Made by a program: the position numbers and the translations under genes
Part shown: piece after piece, positions 8,643 through 17,820 of the stretch
Layout of the letters: every line of letters begins with the position of its first letter
Numbering within the stretch: position 1 is the stretch's first letter
Notes under the pieces: generated by a model
Told to the model about the DNA's origin: nothing
Database searches by the model: none
The model's input: the letters and a program-made list of their open reading frames with translations, nothing else
Origin: Chloroflexota bacterium
GTDB lineage: Bacteria > Chloroflexota > Limnocylindria > P2-11E
Length of the DNA stretch: 50,907 bases
Assembly (NCBI GenBank): GCA_031404235.1
Contig: JANNHF010000141.1
Location: forward strand, 1-50,907
Reading direction: 5' to 3'

Positions 8643-8828
8643 GTGCCCATTTCCCTTCATCACGCCCAGGTCTGCTACCCGCCTAGCGAGGAGGCGCAGG
8701 CACGCGATTTCTACGGAAATTCGCTTGGTCTGGAGGAGATCCGACGCCCCGACTCGTTGTCGGATGGTCTCCACCCCCGACGGTACTTCGCGCTGCGCGT
8801 CGACGACCTGGACGAAATACCGGCTTGA
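8643..8828 (+). pseudogene. Internally deleted VOC/glyoxalase relic (61 aa)
   Basis: LHHAQV.YPP..EAQARDFYG..LGLEEI.RP joined directly to H..FALRVDDLD; central strands and C-terminus missing. Confidence 0.65.
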
Positions 8829-10606
8829 GCGAATTCCGTTTCTCGCCGCGTCCGAACCGCGCGAGCGAGATCAACTGGCGCACCTGGGGTGACGCCGCCT
8901 TCGCCGAGGCCCGCGAGCTGAACAGACCGGTGATGAACGCGATCAGCGCGGAGAGGTGCCACTGGTGTCACGTGATGGACGAGAACACCTACAGCGTCCC
9001 CGACATCATCGAGGTCATCAACGATCGCTACGTTCCCGTCCGGGTGGACAACGACGAGCGGCCCGACGTGAACCGCCGGTACAACATGGGCGGCTGGCCC
9101 AGCACGGTGTTCCTCACACCGGAAGGCGAGATCATCCACGGCGCCACCTACATCCCGCCCGAACAGTTCTGGCAGGCGCTGAACTCCGTCCATGAGGTGT
9201 GGACCACCAACCGCGAGGAGATAGGAGAGCGCGTGGCCGAGCTCCGCGAGAAGGAGGCGGAGGCGCGGAAGCCGAAGAGCGGTGAGTTGTCGGCCGACAT
9301 CGTCGACACCGTCGGTGCTCTCGTTCGCGGGCAGTACGACCCGCAGTTCGGCGGATTCGGCCGCGCGCCGAAGTTCCCGCAGGTCAGACTCCTGCGCTTC
9401 CTGATCGACGAGTACCGCCGCCACGGCTACCCCGACGTCGCGCACATGCTGCACAAGACGCTCGGCGCGATGGCCGCGAGCGGGATGCACGACAAGATCG
9501 AGGGCGGCTTCTTCCGCTACGCGACGACGCGTGAGTGGGGGATCCCGCACTACGAGAAGATGCTCGAGGACAACGCCGAGCTTCTCGCGGCGTACGCGGA
9601 AGCGCATCGCACGTTCCCTGAGGCGGGGTACGACCGCGTCGTGCGCGACGTCGTTCGTTGGATGGACACGGTCCTGTGGCGCGACGACGTAAAGGCATTC
9701 GCCGGTTCGCAGGACGCCGACGAGGTCTATTACGAGCTCGACGGGGCGGGCCGCGAGAAGCACGGGGCGCCGTTCGTCGACAAGACGCTGTATACGGGTT
9801 GGAACGCGCTGGCGGCGTCCGCGTACGTCGCGGCAGCCGCGGCGCTGGATGATGACGCGATCGAGGCGCGCGCACATGAGGTGATGCGCACGATCGCCAC
9901 GCGGATGGTCGTCGGACCGGAGCGCCGGCTCATGCACTTCGACCGCGGCGACGGTCCGCGGGTCGCGGATCTGCTCAGCGACTGGGCCGCGTACCTGCAG
10001 GCGGCGCTCGATGAGTACGAGACCGGCAAGCATCCCGGTGCGCTCGGCGGTGCCGTGCGGGCCGCGACCGTGATGGGCGAGCGGCTCGAGGATGCCGAAG
10101 CCGGCGGATTCTTTGACGCGCCGGCGCGTCCGGAAACGGGGCGCGTCGCGCTGCGCGAGAAGCCGATCGAGGAAAACGCCATGGCCGCCGAGGCGCTGCT
10201 CCGACTCGCGGCGCTCACCGGCGACGAGCGGTGGCGTGACACGGCGGTGCGAACGCTGCGGTCGTTCGTCGGCACGTATCGCGGCTGGGGGCAATTCGCA
10301 TCGTCGTACGCGAACGCCATGGCGCGGGCGCTGGCGGAGCCGCTCGCGATCACGGTCGTCGGTCCGAAGGACGATCAGACGGCGACGGCGCTCTGGAGCA
10401 CGGCGCGGTCGGTCGATGACCCGGCTCGCAGCGTCCAGCGCATCGTTCCTGGCGAAGATGGCGCCGACCTCGAGCGGCTTGGATTCCCGCGCGACCGCAC
10501 CGCGGCGTACGTCTGCATCGGCACCAGTTGCTCCGCGCCGCTGACGGACGAGGCCTCGCTTCGCCGCGAGCTGGAGCGAGCGCGCACGCGGCTGGAGACC
10601 GTCTAA
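8825..10606 (+). CDS. YyaL/SPATA20-family thioredoxin-domain protein
   Basis: INWRTWGDAAF, CHWCHVM, ERPDV, GGWP, GGFGRAPKFP, PHYEKMLEDNA, AYVCIGTSCS. Confidence 0.92.
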   Translation: MSEFRFSPRPNRASEINWRTWGDAAFAEARELNRPVMNAISAERCHWCHVMDENTYSVPDIIEVINDRYVPVRVDNDERPDVNRRYNMGGWPSTVFLTPEGEIIHGATYIPPEQFWQALNSVHEVWTTNREEIGERVAELREKEAEARKPKSGELSADIVDTVGALVRGQYDPQFGGFGRAPKFPQVRLLRFLIDEYRRHGYPDVAHMLHKTLGAMAASGMHDKIEGGFFRYATTREWGIPHYEKMLEDNAELLAAYAEAHRTFPEAGYDRVVRDVVRWMDTVLWRDDVKAFAGSQDADEVYYELDGAGREKHGAPFVDKTLYTGWNALAASAYVAAAAALDDDAIEARAHEVMRTIATRMVVGPERRLMHFDRGDGPRVADLLSDWAAYLQAALDEYETGKHPGALGGAVRAATVMGERLEDAEAGGFFDAPARPETGRVALREKPIEENAMAAEALLRLAALTGDERWRDTAVRTLRSFVGTYRGWGQFASSYANAMARALAEPLAITVVGPKDDQTATALWSTARSVDDPARSVQRIVPGEDGADLERLGFPRDRTAAYVCIGTSCSAPLTDEASLRRELERARTRLETV

Positions 10607-10616
10607 CGCCGTCCCT

Positions 10617-11795
10617 CTAGGGCGCGACCGGCACTCCGCGCACCCAGACCGCTTTCGGCTGCAGCAGCACCTCGAGATCCCGCAGCGGATCGCCGTCCAC
10701 GAAGACGAGGTCAGCCCACGACCCTGCCCCGATGCGCCCCGCCTTCGGCCGGCCGACCACGTCGGCGGCCACGCTGGTGGCGGCGACGAGCGCCTCGGCG
10801 CTCGAAAGTCCGGCCTCGGTGAGATAGACGAGCTCGAGCGCGAAGCGCTCGTGCGTGTTGAACGGCGTGCCCGCGTCCGTGCCGGCAGCGACCCGCACGC
10901 CGGCCTTGTGCGCTGCGCGGACGCCCTCTTGATGCTTCGCAGCGACAATGCGCGCGCGCTCCATGACGCGCGCGGGCAGCGCGGCGCCGTTCTCGATGAT
11001 GCGACGGAGCGCGGAGAACGTCGGCACGAGCGCGACGTCCTTCTCTTTGATCAGGCGGATCGTCTGCTGATCCAACAGCGTCGCGTGCTCGATCGAGTCG
11101 ATGCCGGCCTCGGCCGCGATGCGCATGCCCTCGGCGCCATGCGCGTGCGTGGTGATGCGTATTCCGGCGCGGTGGGCCTCCTCGACCGCGGCGCGCGTTT
11201 CCTCAGGCGAGTACGCAGCCAGCTCCGGACCCGCGCCCTCGCCGAGCACGCCGCCGGTGGAGAACAGCTTGATGACGCCGGCGCCGACGGCGACCTGCTC
11301 GCGCGTGGCGGCGCGGACGGCGTCCGACCCGTCGGCGATGCGGCCGACCTCCATGCCGTGGCCACCGGTGATAGTGATGCCGCGGGCCGACGCGATGATG
11401 CGCGGGCCCTCGAGCGTGCCGCGCTCGATCTGCCGTGCGAGCTCGACGACCATCGACCCGTTCGAGCCGAGGTCGCGCACGGTGGTCACGCCGCTCCGCA
11501 TCGTGATGCGCGCGTTGCGGAACGCTTTCAGCGTCGCCGCCGCTTCGCTCTGCCGCGCTTCCGCGTCGAAGTCGGCGCCGCCGTCGAACGTGAGGTGAGC
11601 GTGACAGTTGATGAGTCCCGGAACCGCGAAACGGCCTCCGGCCTGAAGGGACCGCGATCGTTCGCCCTTCGGTGTCTTCGGCGCGCGCGAACGCTTTCCT
11701 GCCCACGTGATCTCGCCGTCCTCGATCACGACAGCGGCATCGGAGATCGCGCTCATGCCGTCGAAGAGACCGTCGATCTCGAGGATCGTTCGCAT
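10617..11795 (-). CDS. Metal-dependent amidohydrolase (prolidase-like)
   Basis: PGLINCHAH, GVTTVRDLG, IKLFSTGG, HAHG, SIEH, AGTDAG. Confidence 0.9.
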   Translation of the reverse strand: MRTILEIDGLFDGMSAISDAAVVIEDGEITWAGKRSRAPKTPKGERSRSLQAGGRFAVPGLINCHAHLTFDGGADFDAEARQSEAAATLKAFRNARITMRSGVTTVRDLGSNGSMVVELARQIERGTLEGPRIIASARGITITGGHGMEVGRIADGSDAVRAATREQVAVGAGVIKLFSTGGVLGEGAGPELAAYSPEETRAAVEEAHRAGIRITTHAHGAEGMRIAAEAGIDSIEHATLLDQQTIRLIKEKDVALVPTFSALRRIIENGAALPARVMERARIVAAKHQEGVRAAHKAGVRVAAGTDAGTPFNTHERFALELVYLTEAGLSSAEALVAATSVAADVVGRPKAGRIGAGSWADLVFVDGDPLRDLEVLLQPKAVWVRGVPVAP

Positions 11796-11817
11796 CGCGA
11801 GGCAGTATCGTCCACCG

Positions 11818-13065
11818 ATGCCGCACCCGCTGATAGAGCGTCTTGGCGCGCGCGGTTTCGTGATGCCGGATTACGGCGGCGGAGGGTTGCTGAACGTACC
11901 CGCGACCGTCCTCGACGTGCTCGGCGCGCGCGAGGCCGGCGACGCGCCGCCGCTGACCGGGCTCGATCCGGCGCTGCGTGAGGGCGTGCGCCAGGTCGTC
12001 GTGATCCTCGCCGACGGCCTGGGCTGGTGGCAGCTAGAGATGTTCTGCGAACGGGGTGACACGCCGTTCCTGGCCGAGCTGCGCGAGCGGGCGCGCCGGC
12101 GCGACCGGGCGCAGCTCCTGGAGGCGACGACCGTCTTCCCGTCCACCACCGCGGCCGCGATCACCACGCTGAACACCGCGCGCACCCCACTGGAGCACGG
12201 CAACATCGCGTATTTCCTATGGCTCGAGGAATTCGCGCAGGTGACCGCGATGCTCCGCTGGGGTCCGGCGATCAAGCGGCGGGGCTCGTACTTCGACGAT
12301 CCCGCCGTCGACCCGCGCCGGTTCGTGCTGGTGCCTTCGATCCACGCGCGCCTGCGGGAGCGCGGCATCCCCTCCCACGTCATCGAGCCCGAGATGTTCC
12401 GGTCCGAAGCGATGACGCGCATGCACGCCGCCGAGGCCAGCTACGTCGGCTACGTCCTGCCGTCGTCGATGGGCGTGCGCCTCCGCAGCTTGATCGAGGG
12501 CGCACCGCGTCCCTCCTACGTGTACGCGTACTGGTCCGGCATCGACACGGTGTCGCATCTGTACGGCCCCCGCAGCGCGGAGGCGGCGATGGAGGCCGCG
12601 TTGCTCGACCTCGACCTCCGGCGCGCGCTCGGCGATCGCAGCGCCGGCGAGACGCTGGTCCTTCTCACCGCCGACCACGGGCACGCGACGACGGACCCCG
12701 ACAAGATGCTCGACATCGTCGGCGACGAAGAGCTGCGCGCGCTCCTGCGCAACCCGCCAGCCGGCGAGCCGCGTCTGGTGTTCCTGCACACCGATCGGCC
12801 CGAGGCGGTGCGCCGGCATATCGACCAACGCTGGCCGGGCCAGGTCACGCTCCTCGATCGTGACGAGCTCATCGACGCCGGGCTCTTCGGGCGCGGCGAC
12901 CCGACCACGGCGCGCCGCCGCATCGGCGAGGTCGTCGCGCTCCTCGACCGCGACCTCTCCGCCTCGATCGTGAAGGTGGAAGGGCAGACGATCCGGCACC
13001 GCGGATCGCACGGCGGGATGAGCGCAGACGAGATGCGCATCCCGATCCTCGCGTGGCGAGCCTGA
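11818..13065 (+). CDS. Alkaline phosphatase superfamily / nucleotide pyrophosphatase
   Basis: LADGLG, FPSTTAAA, DTVSH, TADHG, GSHGG; ATG at 11818. Confidence 0.9.
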   Translation: MPHPLIERLGARGFVMPDYGGGGLLNVPATVLDVLGAREAGDAPPLTGLDPALREGVRQVVVILADGLGWWQLEMFCERGDTPFLAELRERARRRDRAQLLEATTVFPSTTAAAITTLNTARTPLEHGNIAYFLWLEEFAQVTAMLRWGPAIKRRGSYFDDPAVDPRRFVLVPSIHARLRERGIPSHVIEPEMFRSEAMTRMHAAEASYVGYVLPSSMGVRLRSLIEGAPRPSYVYAYWSGIDTVSHLYGPRSAEAAMEAALLDLDLRRALGDRSAGETLVLLTADHGHATTDPDKMLDIVGDEELRALLRNPPAGEPRLVFLHTDRPEAVRRHIDQRWPGQVTLLDRDELIDAGLFGRGDPTTARRRIGEVVALLDRDLSASIVKVEGQTIRHRGSHGGMSADEMRIPILAWRA

Positions 13066-13089
13066 GCGCGCTCACCTAGGATTCTTCGC

Positions 13090-13533
13090 ATGGCCACGAC
13101 GTCGTATCTCGAAGCGGTCTCCGGCGGCATGGTCGCAGCGGCGGCGTTCAGCGACGATGACGCGGCGGTGCAGGCCGTGACGCTCATGAGTGGATCGGGC
13201 GTCCGCGAGCAGGATATCTGCGTGCTCGCCCGAAACTCGCACCGTGCCGAGCTCGCCGCCGGTGGTCGTGCGTGGCTCGCGGGCAAGGGTTGGGGCGGTC
13301 TGCGTTACCGCCTTCGACAGCGGCTGCCGGGCGGGATCATCCCGCGCGAGGTTCGTCGGCGCTACGCGAGTGCGCTGAGCGAGGGAAAGATCGTCGTCGT
13401 CGCCGCGGCGGGTGGGCAGCCACCCGACACGCTCGCCGCGCTGCTGCATCAGGCGCGGGGCGAAGCGGTCGAGCAGTGGTGGCAGACGCCGACGTACCTC
13501 TTCGCGCCCCCGGAGCTCGCTGGACCGTTCTAG
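13090..13533 (+). CDS. Hypothetical protein, weakly general-stress/YflT-like
   Basis: Leaderless -10 upstream; AAF.D...A..AV..L...GV...DI.VLAR and Y..AL.EGKIVV pattern. Confidence 0.6.
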   Translation: MATTSYLEAVSGGMVAAAAFSDDDAAVQAVTLMSGSGVREQDICVLARNSHRAELAAGGRAWLAGKGWGGLRYRLRQRLPGGIIPREVRRRYASALSEGKIVVVAAAGGQPPDTLAALLHQARGEAVEQWWQTPTYLFAPPELAGPF

Positions 13534-13588
13534 CGCCGGCGCGCGAGCCGTCTAGCGCCGATCCCTTCCCGCGACCGGTCTAGCGCCG
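13523..13588 (+). repeat. Three short direct repeats of TCTAGCGCCG
   Basis: Copies at 13529, 13551 and 13579. Confidence 0.8.
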
Positions 13589-13679
13589 GGCACCCCTCTC
13601 ACTCACTACTCGCCTGCCGCGCCACCTCGCTGCTCGTTGGTCCTGTCGGCAGGCTCAACGTTCGTTCGAGGGGTGCCCG
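13587..13679. repeat. Nested palindromic (REP/MITE-like) element
   Basis: CGGGCACCCCTC (13587-98)/GAGGGGTGCCCG (13668-79) enclosing GCCTGCCG (13612-19)/CGGCAGGC (13647-54). Confidence 0.7.
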
Positions 13680-13723
13680 ACGCTCCCCGGTCGCTCCGTG
13701 CACCCGCCGTCCGCGTCTTGTCT

Positions 13724-14980
13724 CTACTCGTACCGCAGCGCGCTGAGTGCGGACATGCGCATAGCGCGGCGCGACGGCAGGAATCCGGCCACGAGGCTGA
13801 CGAGGAGCGCGAGTCCGACCGCGCCGAGCGCCAGCGGCACATCGACGATGAAGATCGGCGCGGGGCTCGCCTGCGGATTCAGGGTCCGGATCACGAGCTC
13901 GATGGCCTGGCCCCCGAGGACGCCCAGCGCGAGCCCGATGATGCCGCCGAACGCGCCGACGAGCGCGGCCTCCGCGAGGAAGAGCGAGCGTATGTCGCGT
14001 GGTGACGCGCCAACGGCTTTCATGATGCCGATCTCTCGCGTGCGCTCGAGCACCGCCATGACCATCGTGTTCGCGATGCCGATCGCCGCGACGAGGAGGG
14101 CGACTCCGCCGATGCCCGCAAGGATGCCGCGGAACACGCCGAAGCCTTTGTCGATCTGCTCGATGACCTGTTTGAGCGAGAACGCGCTGAAGCCTAGCTC
14201 CTGTACGGATCTCACGACGTCCGCGACGTACTGCGAGTCATCGGACTCGATGGCGACGCCGCTGTACCCGGTGCCCAGCCGCAGCGCGTCTGCGGTCAGC
14301 CCGCGATTCTCGGCGCCCGCGAGCAGGGCGTCCTCCAGGGGGATGCGGACCGACGTCTGGGACGCTTGCTCGTCGAAAACGCCCACGACCGTGACGACGT
14401 AGTCGCGCGGCGTGCCGCTCCCACTGATGCGCGTGGCACCGAGCTTCACCGCGCCGCCAAGCCGGAGCGTCACCTTCCTTCCGAGCGCGGCTGCAGGCGA
14501 CGCGGCGACGAGGCGCGCGAGATTCCCTGGGATCACGGCCACGCCACGCTCGCTCGGCCCCAGGTGGCGACCCGCGAGCAGGTCGCCGCGGTCCACGGGT
14601 GCGCCCGCTTCGATGCCCTGCGGGCGGATAGCCGCGTCCTCGCCCCCCTCGAGCAGCATCCCCAGTGGCGCGTCGTATTGCCGGTAGACGGACTGCGCGT
14701 GCGGTATCGCCTTGAACTTCGCGACATGGTCGTCGCCGATCGTGCGCGGCACCGCCGAGAGTCCGGTCGCGCCGGGCTGGAACGGCTGCACCGTCACGAG
14801 TCGTAGATCGCCGATCGAGAAAATGGAGCGCTTCACGTTGTCTTCCGCGCCGGTCGCGAGCGCGATGAGGAGCACGACGAGCGCAGTTCCGATCGCCACG
14901 CCGAGCGTCGTCAGCGTCGAACGCAGCCGCGAGCGCGAGTAATTGCCGAAGGCGAGCGCGAAGAGGTCTGACGACCTCAA
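13724..14980 (-). CDS. MacB/FtsX-type ABC permease
   Basis: RSTLTTLGVAIG; GIANTMVMAVLERTREIGIMKAVGA; ALRYE. Confidence 0.93.
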   Translation of the reverse strand: MRSSDLFALAFGNYSRSRLRSTLTTLGVAIGTALVVLLIALATGAEDNVKRSIFSIGDLRLVTVQPFQPGATGLSAVPRTIGDDHVAKFKAIPHAQSVYRQYDAPLGMLLEGGEDAAIRPQGIEAGAPVDRGDLLAGRHLGPSERGVAVIPGNLARLVAASPAAALGRKVTLRLGGAVKLGATRISGSGTPRDYVVTVVGVFDEQASQTSVRIPLEDALLAGAENRGLTADALRLGTGYSGVAIESDDSQYVADVVRSVQELGFSAFSLKQVIEQIDKGFGVFRGILAGIGGVALLVAAIGIANTMVMAVLERTREIGIMKAVGASPRDIRSLFLAEAALVGAFGGIIGLALGVLGGQAIELVIRTLNPQASPAPIFIVDVPLALGAVGLALLVSLVAGFLPSRRAMRMSALSALRYE

Positions 14981-15660
14981 TTCACGATCCGCCCGTCGCG
15001 CATCCGGACCGTGCGCTCCGCCCGCGACGCGATGCTCGCGTCGTGCGTGACGAGCACGACTGTTTGCCCGCGCGCGTGCAGCTCCGCGATCAACACGAGC
15101 AGGGCCTCGCCGTTCGCTGAATCCAGGTTCCCGGTCGGCTCGTCGGCGAGGAGCAGCGCCGGATCGGTCACCAGCGCGCGGGCGATCGCCGTGCGCTGCA
15201 TCTCGCCACCGGACAGCTGGCTCGGTCGGTGGTCGGCGCGCGGCCCCATCCCGAGGCGGTCGAGGACGCTCCGTGCGCGCGCAAGGCGGGCTTCGGGTGC
15301 GACGCCCGCGAACACGAGTGGCAGGGCGACGTTCTCGACGACGCGGTAGCGGGGAAGCAGGTTGAAGGCTTGGAAGATCATGCCCACCTTCTCGCGCCGA
15401 TACCCCGCGAGGGCCACCTCGTCCATCGTGGACAGGTCGACGCCGTCGACGACGACCGTGCCGCGCGTCGGACGTTCGAGGCCGCCCAGGACGTTCAGCA
15501 GCGTCGACTTGCCCGATCCGGACGGCCCCATCACCGCGAGGAACTCGCCACGCCGCACCTCGAGCGTCACGCCGTCGAGGGCGGCCACCGCGGTGGCGCC
15601 GGTCGGATACACGCGCGCGACATCCGTCGCGCGCACGATCACGCCGTCCGTCGTAGCCAT
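14977..15660 (-). CDS. MacB/LolD-type ABC ATPase
   Basis: GPSGSGKST, LSGGEMQR, LLADEPTGNLD. Confidence 0.95.
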   Translation of the reverse strand: MATTDGVIVRATDVARVYPTGATAVAALDGVTLEVRRGEFLAVMGPSGSGKSTLLNVLGGLERPTRGTVVVDGVDLSTMDEVALAGYRREKVGMIFQAFNLLPRYRVVENVALPLVFAGVAPEARLARARSVLDRLGMGPRADHRPSQLSGGEMQRTAIARALVTDPALLLADEPTGNLDSANGEALLVLIAELHARGQTVVLVTHDASIASRAERTVRMRDGRIVN

Positions 15661-16364
15661 GCGCGCAGCGCCGCCTCGAACGCGGTGGGCGCTTCGAGAT
15701 TCGCGATGTGTCCGGCGCTGGGGATGATGCTCAGCGTGGCGCGTGGGATCTCATCGCTCATCGCCTGAGACATCGCCAGCGGCGTGATCGTGTCTTCCTC
15801 GCCGACGACGACCGCTGTCGGAACGTCGATCGTCGGCAGATCGGGGCGGCTGTCCCGGCGATGGGCCATCGCGATGCTGCCTTGCGCGACCGCCTCGGCC
15901 GCCTGGCCGCGGATCATCTTCAGGAGGATGTCCCAACGCGGCGAGTCCTTTCGCAGCCAGGGCGGTGGTGTCTTCAGCAGCGCCTCGACCCCGTGTTCGC
16001 GTATGACAGCGGCGAGCCGCAATCGTTTCTCACGCGCGTCGTCGGTGTCGGCCTCGGCGCGCGTATCCGCGAGAAAGAGACGCTCGATGCGCCGGCGATG
16101 ACGACGCCACAACGCGAGCGCGACATAGCCGCCCATCGACAGGCCGGCGACCGCCGCGCGCTCGATCTTCGCCGCGTCCATCGCCGAAGCGACGCTGTCC
16201 GCGTAATCGTCGATCGACGGATCGCCGCGCGGCACGGCGGTCCCCCCGAAACCCGGGAGCGAGGGAGCGATGATCGGGTCGGCGGCATCGCGCAGCACGC
16301 GTCGCTCGTGCTCCCACATGGCTCCGCTGAGCGGGTAGGCGTGGATGAGCACGAGAGCGGTCAC
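15639..16364 (-). CDS. Alpha/beta hydrolase
   Basis: GLSMGG nucleophile, EED, AGH. Confidence 0.9.
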   Translation of the reverse strand: MTALVLIHAYPLSGAMWEHERRVLRDAADPIIAPSLPGFGGTAVPRGDPSIDDYADSVASAMDAAKIERAAVAGLSMGGYVALALWRRHRRRIERLFLADTRAEADTDDAREKRLRLAAVIREHGVEALLKTPPPWLRKDSPRWDILLKMIRGQAAEAVAQGSIAMAHRRDSRPDLPTIDVPTAVVVGEEDTITPLAMSQAMSDEIPRATLSIIPSAGHIANLEAPTAFEAALRAWLRRTA

Positions 16365-16393
16365 TGCGCTCCAGTTTGGGCCAGAATCAACGC

Positions 16394-16750
16394 GTGCGGG
16401 TGATCCGGGTCACCAAGGCCGGACGCGAGCGGTCCGACAACCCCATCTTCGTCGGCGCGGTCGATTATCAGACCGCCGTCGGCGAGGAAAGCCGCGACCT
16501 CCGCCTCTCGGAAGTGCATTTCAACCAGGGTGCGGTCAACAAGCCCCACGTCCACTCGACGGACCAGATCCTCGTCGTGACCGAGGGCGCTGGCGTGGTC
16601 GCGACCGACGACGAGCGGCACGACCTGTCGGCCGGCGACGTCGCGTTCATTCCCGCGAACACGAAGCATTGGCACGGGGCGCGTCCAGGAAAGGACATGA
16701 CGCACTGGTCGATCCTCGGGAACGCGAAGACGACGATCGTGGAAGGGTAG
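16394..16750 (+). CDS. Cupin domain protein
   Basis: HVH..DQIL; GDVAFIPANTKHWHG; GTG start 6 nt after CAGAAT. Confidence 0.88.
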   Translation: MRVIRVTKAGRERSDNPIFVGAVDYQTAVGEESRDLRLSEVHFNQGAVNKPHVHSTDQILVVTEGAGVVATDDERHDLSAGDVAFIPANTKHWHGARPGKDMTHWSILGNAKTTIVEG

Positions 16751-16764
16751 GCCGCGACCGCTCC

Positions 16765-17634
16765 TTAGAACTGCGCCGGCAGCTCCGCGCCTGCCATCCT
16801 CTCGAGCCGCGCGACGCGCTCAGCGATCGGAGGGTGCGTCGCGAAGAGTCCGCCCAGCCTGCCAGGCAATAGCGGCTGCACGATGAACAGCGGCGCGACC
16901 GACGGATTCACCGGAAGAGGGATCTTCTTGCCGTACGCGTCGAGCTTGCGCAGCGCCGACGCCAGCGCGAGCGGATCGCGCGAAAGCTCAGCGCCCTGAT
17001 CGTCGGCGCCGTATTCGCGCGAGCGGCTGACCGCGAGCTGGACGAGCATCGCCGCGATCGGAAGCAGGATGATCCCGAGGATCATGCCGATCATGCCCAG
17101 CGATCCGGAGTCGCGGTCATCGCGATCTCCACCGCCGAACCACATCGACCACTGTGCCATCTGCGCCATGTAGCTGATCGCCCCGGCGACCGACGCGACG
17201 ACCGCCATCACGAAGGTGTCGCGGTTGCGAACGTGTCCTATCTCATGCGCCAGGACGCCGGTGAGCTCGCGCTCCGTGACGATGTCGAGGATGCCCCTCG
17301 TTACGGCCACGACCGCGTGCTGGGGGTCGCGGCCGGTCGCGAACGCGTTCGGCGCGGGTTGGTCGATGACGAAGATGCGCGGCGTGGGCAGACCGGCGGT
17401 CTCCGCGACGCGGCCGACGATCCGATACAGCTCCGGCGCCTCCGCCTCTGTGACCGGCTTCGCTCCCGCGAACGAAAGCGCGATGCGGTCGCTGAACCAC
17501 CAAGCCCCGAAGTTCATGACCAGCGAGATCAGCAGGGCGGGCAGGACCGCCGACGGGCCGAAGAAGAGCCGCGCCGCGGCGATCAGGATCAGGGTCAGCA
17601 GCGTCAGGAGTCCGACGATCTTCAGGGTGTTCAC
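16765..17634 (-). CDS. htpX: Zinc metalloprotease HtpX (M48)
   Basis: PNAFATGR, HEIGH, SRSREYGAD, FATHPP. Confidence 0.95.
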   Translation of the reverse strand: MNTLKIVGLLTLLTLILIAAARLFFGPSAVLPALLISLVMNFGAWWFSDRIALSFAGAKPVTEAEAPELYRIVGRVAETAGLPTPRIFVIDQPAPNAFATGRDPQHAVVAVTRGILDIVTERELTGVLAHEIGHVRNRDTFVMAVVASVAGAISYMAQMAQWSMWFGGGDRDDRDSGSLGMIGMILGIILLPIAAMLVQLAVSRSREYGADDQGAELSRDPLALASALRKLDAYGKKIPLPVNPSVAPLFIVQPLLPGRLGGLFATHPPIAERVARLERMAGAELPAQF

Positions 17635-17684
17635 TGTCGAAAGTCTAGAACCAGGCGACGGCCGATGGTGTCACCGAAGACCGT

Positions 17685-17776
17685 GCGCGGTATCGCACGA
17701 CCATGTCGTCGCCGAGGCGATACAGCGCGTTGTCTGTGCCAGAGGATCGGACCCGTTCGATGGGGAGGTTTGCCAA
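17685..17776 (-). pseudogene. N-terminal relic of an APH-family phosphotransferase
   Basis: Hand translation LANLPIERVRSSGTDNALYRLGDDMVVR followed by frameshifted PR; no start codon context and no catalytic core. Confidence 0.7.
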
Positions 17777-17820
17777 CAGACGGGTACGCGACGTTCCTCT
17801 AGTTGATGGAAATCGTCACG

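Noticed and set aside
8711-10948. Long antisense or alternative-frame ORFs (e.g. 8711-10948, 24208-25548, 46361-48010, 19-636)
   Set aside because: Shadow ORFs of recognisable genes, expected in high-GC DNA; Arg/Ala-rich with no motifs
13523-13588. Mini CRISPR array
   Set aside because: Repeats are only about 10 bp with 12-18 bp spacers, and no cas genes are present
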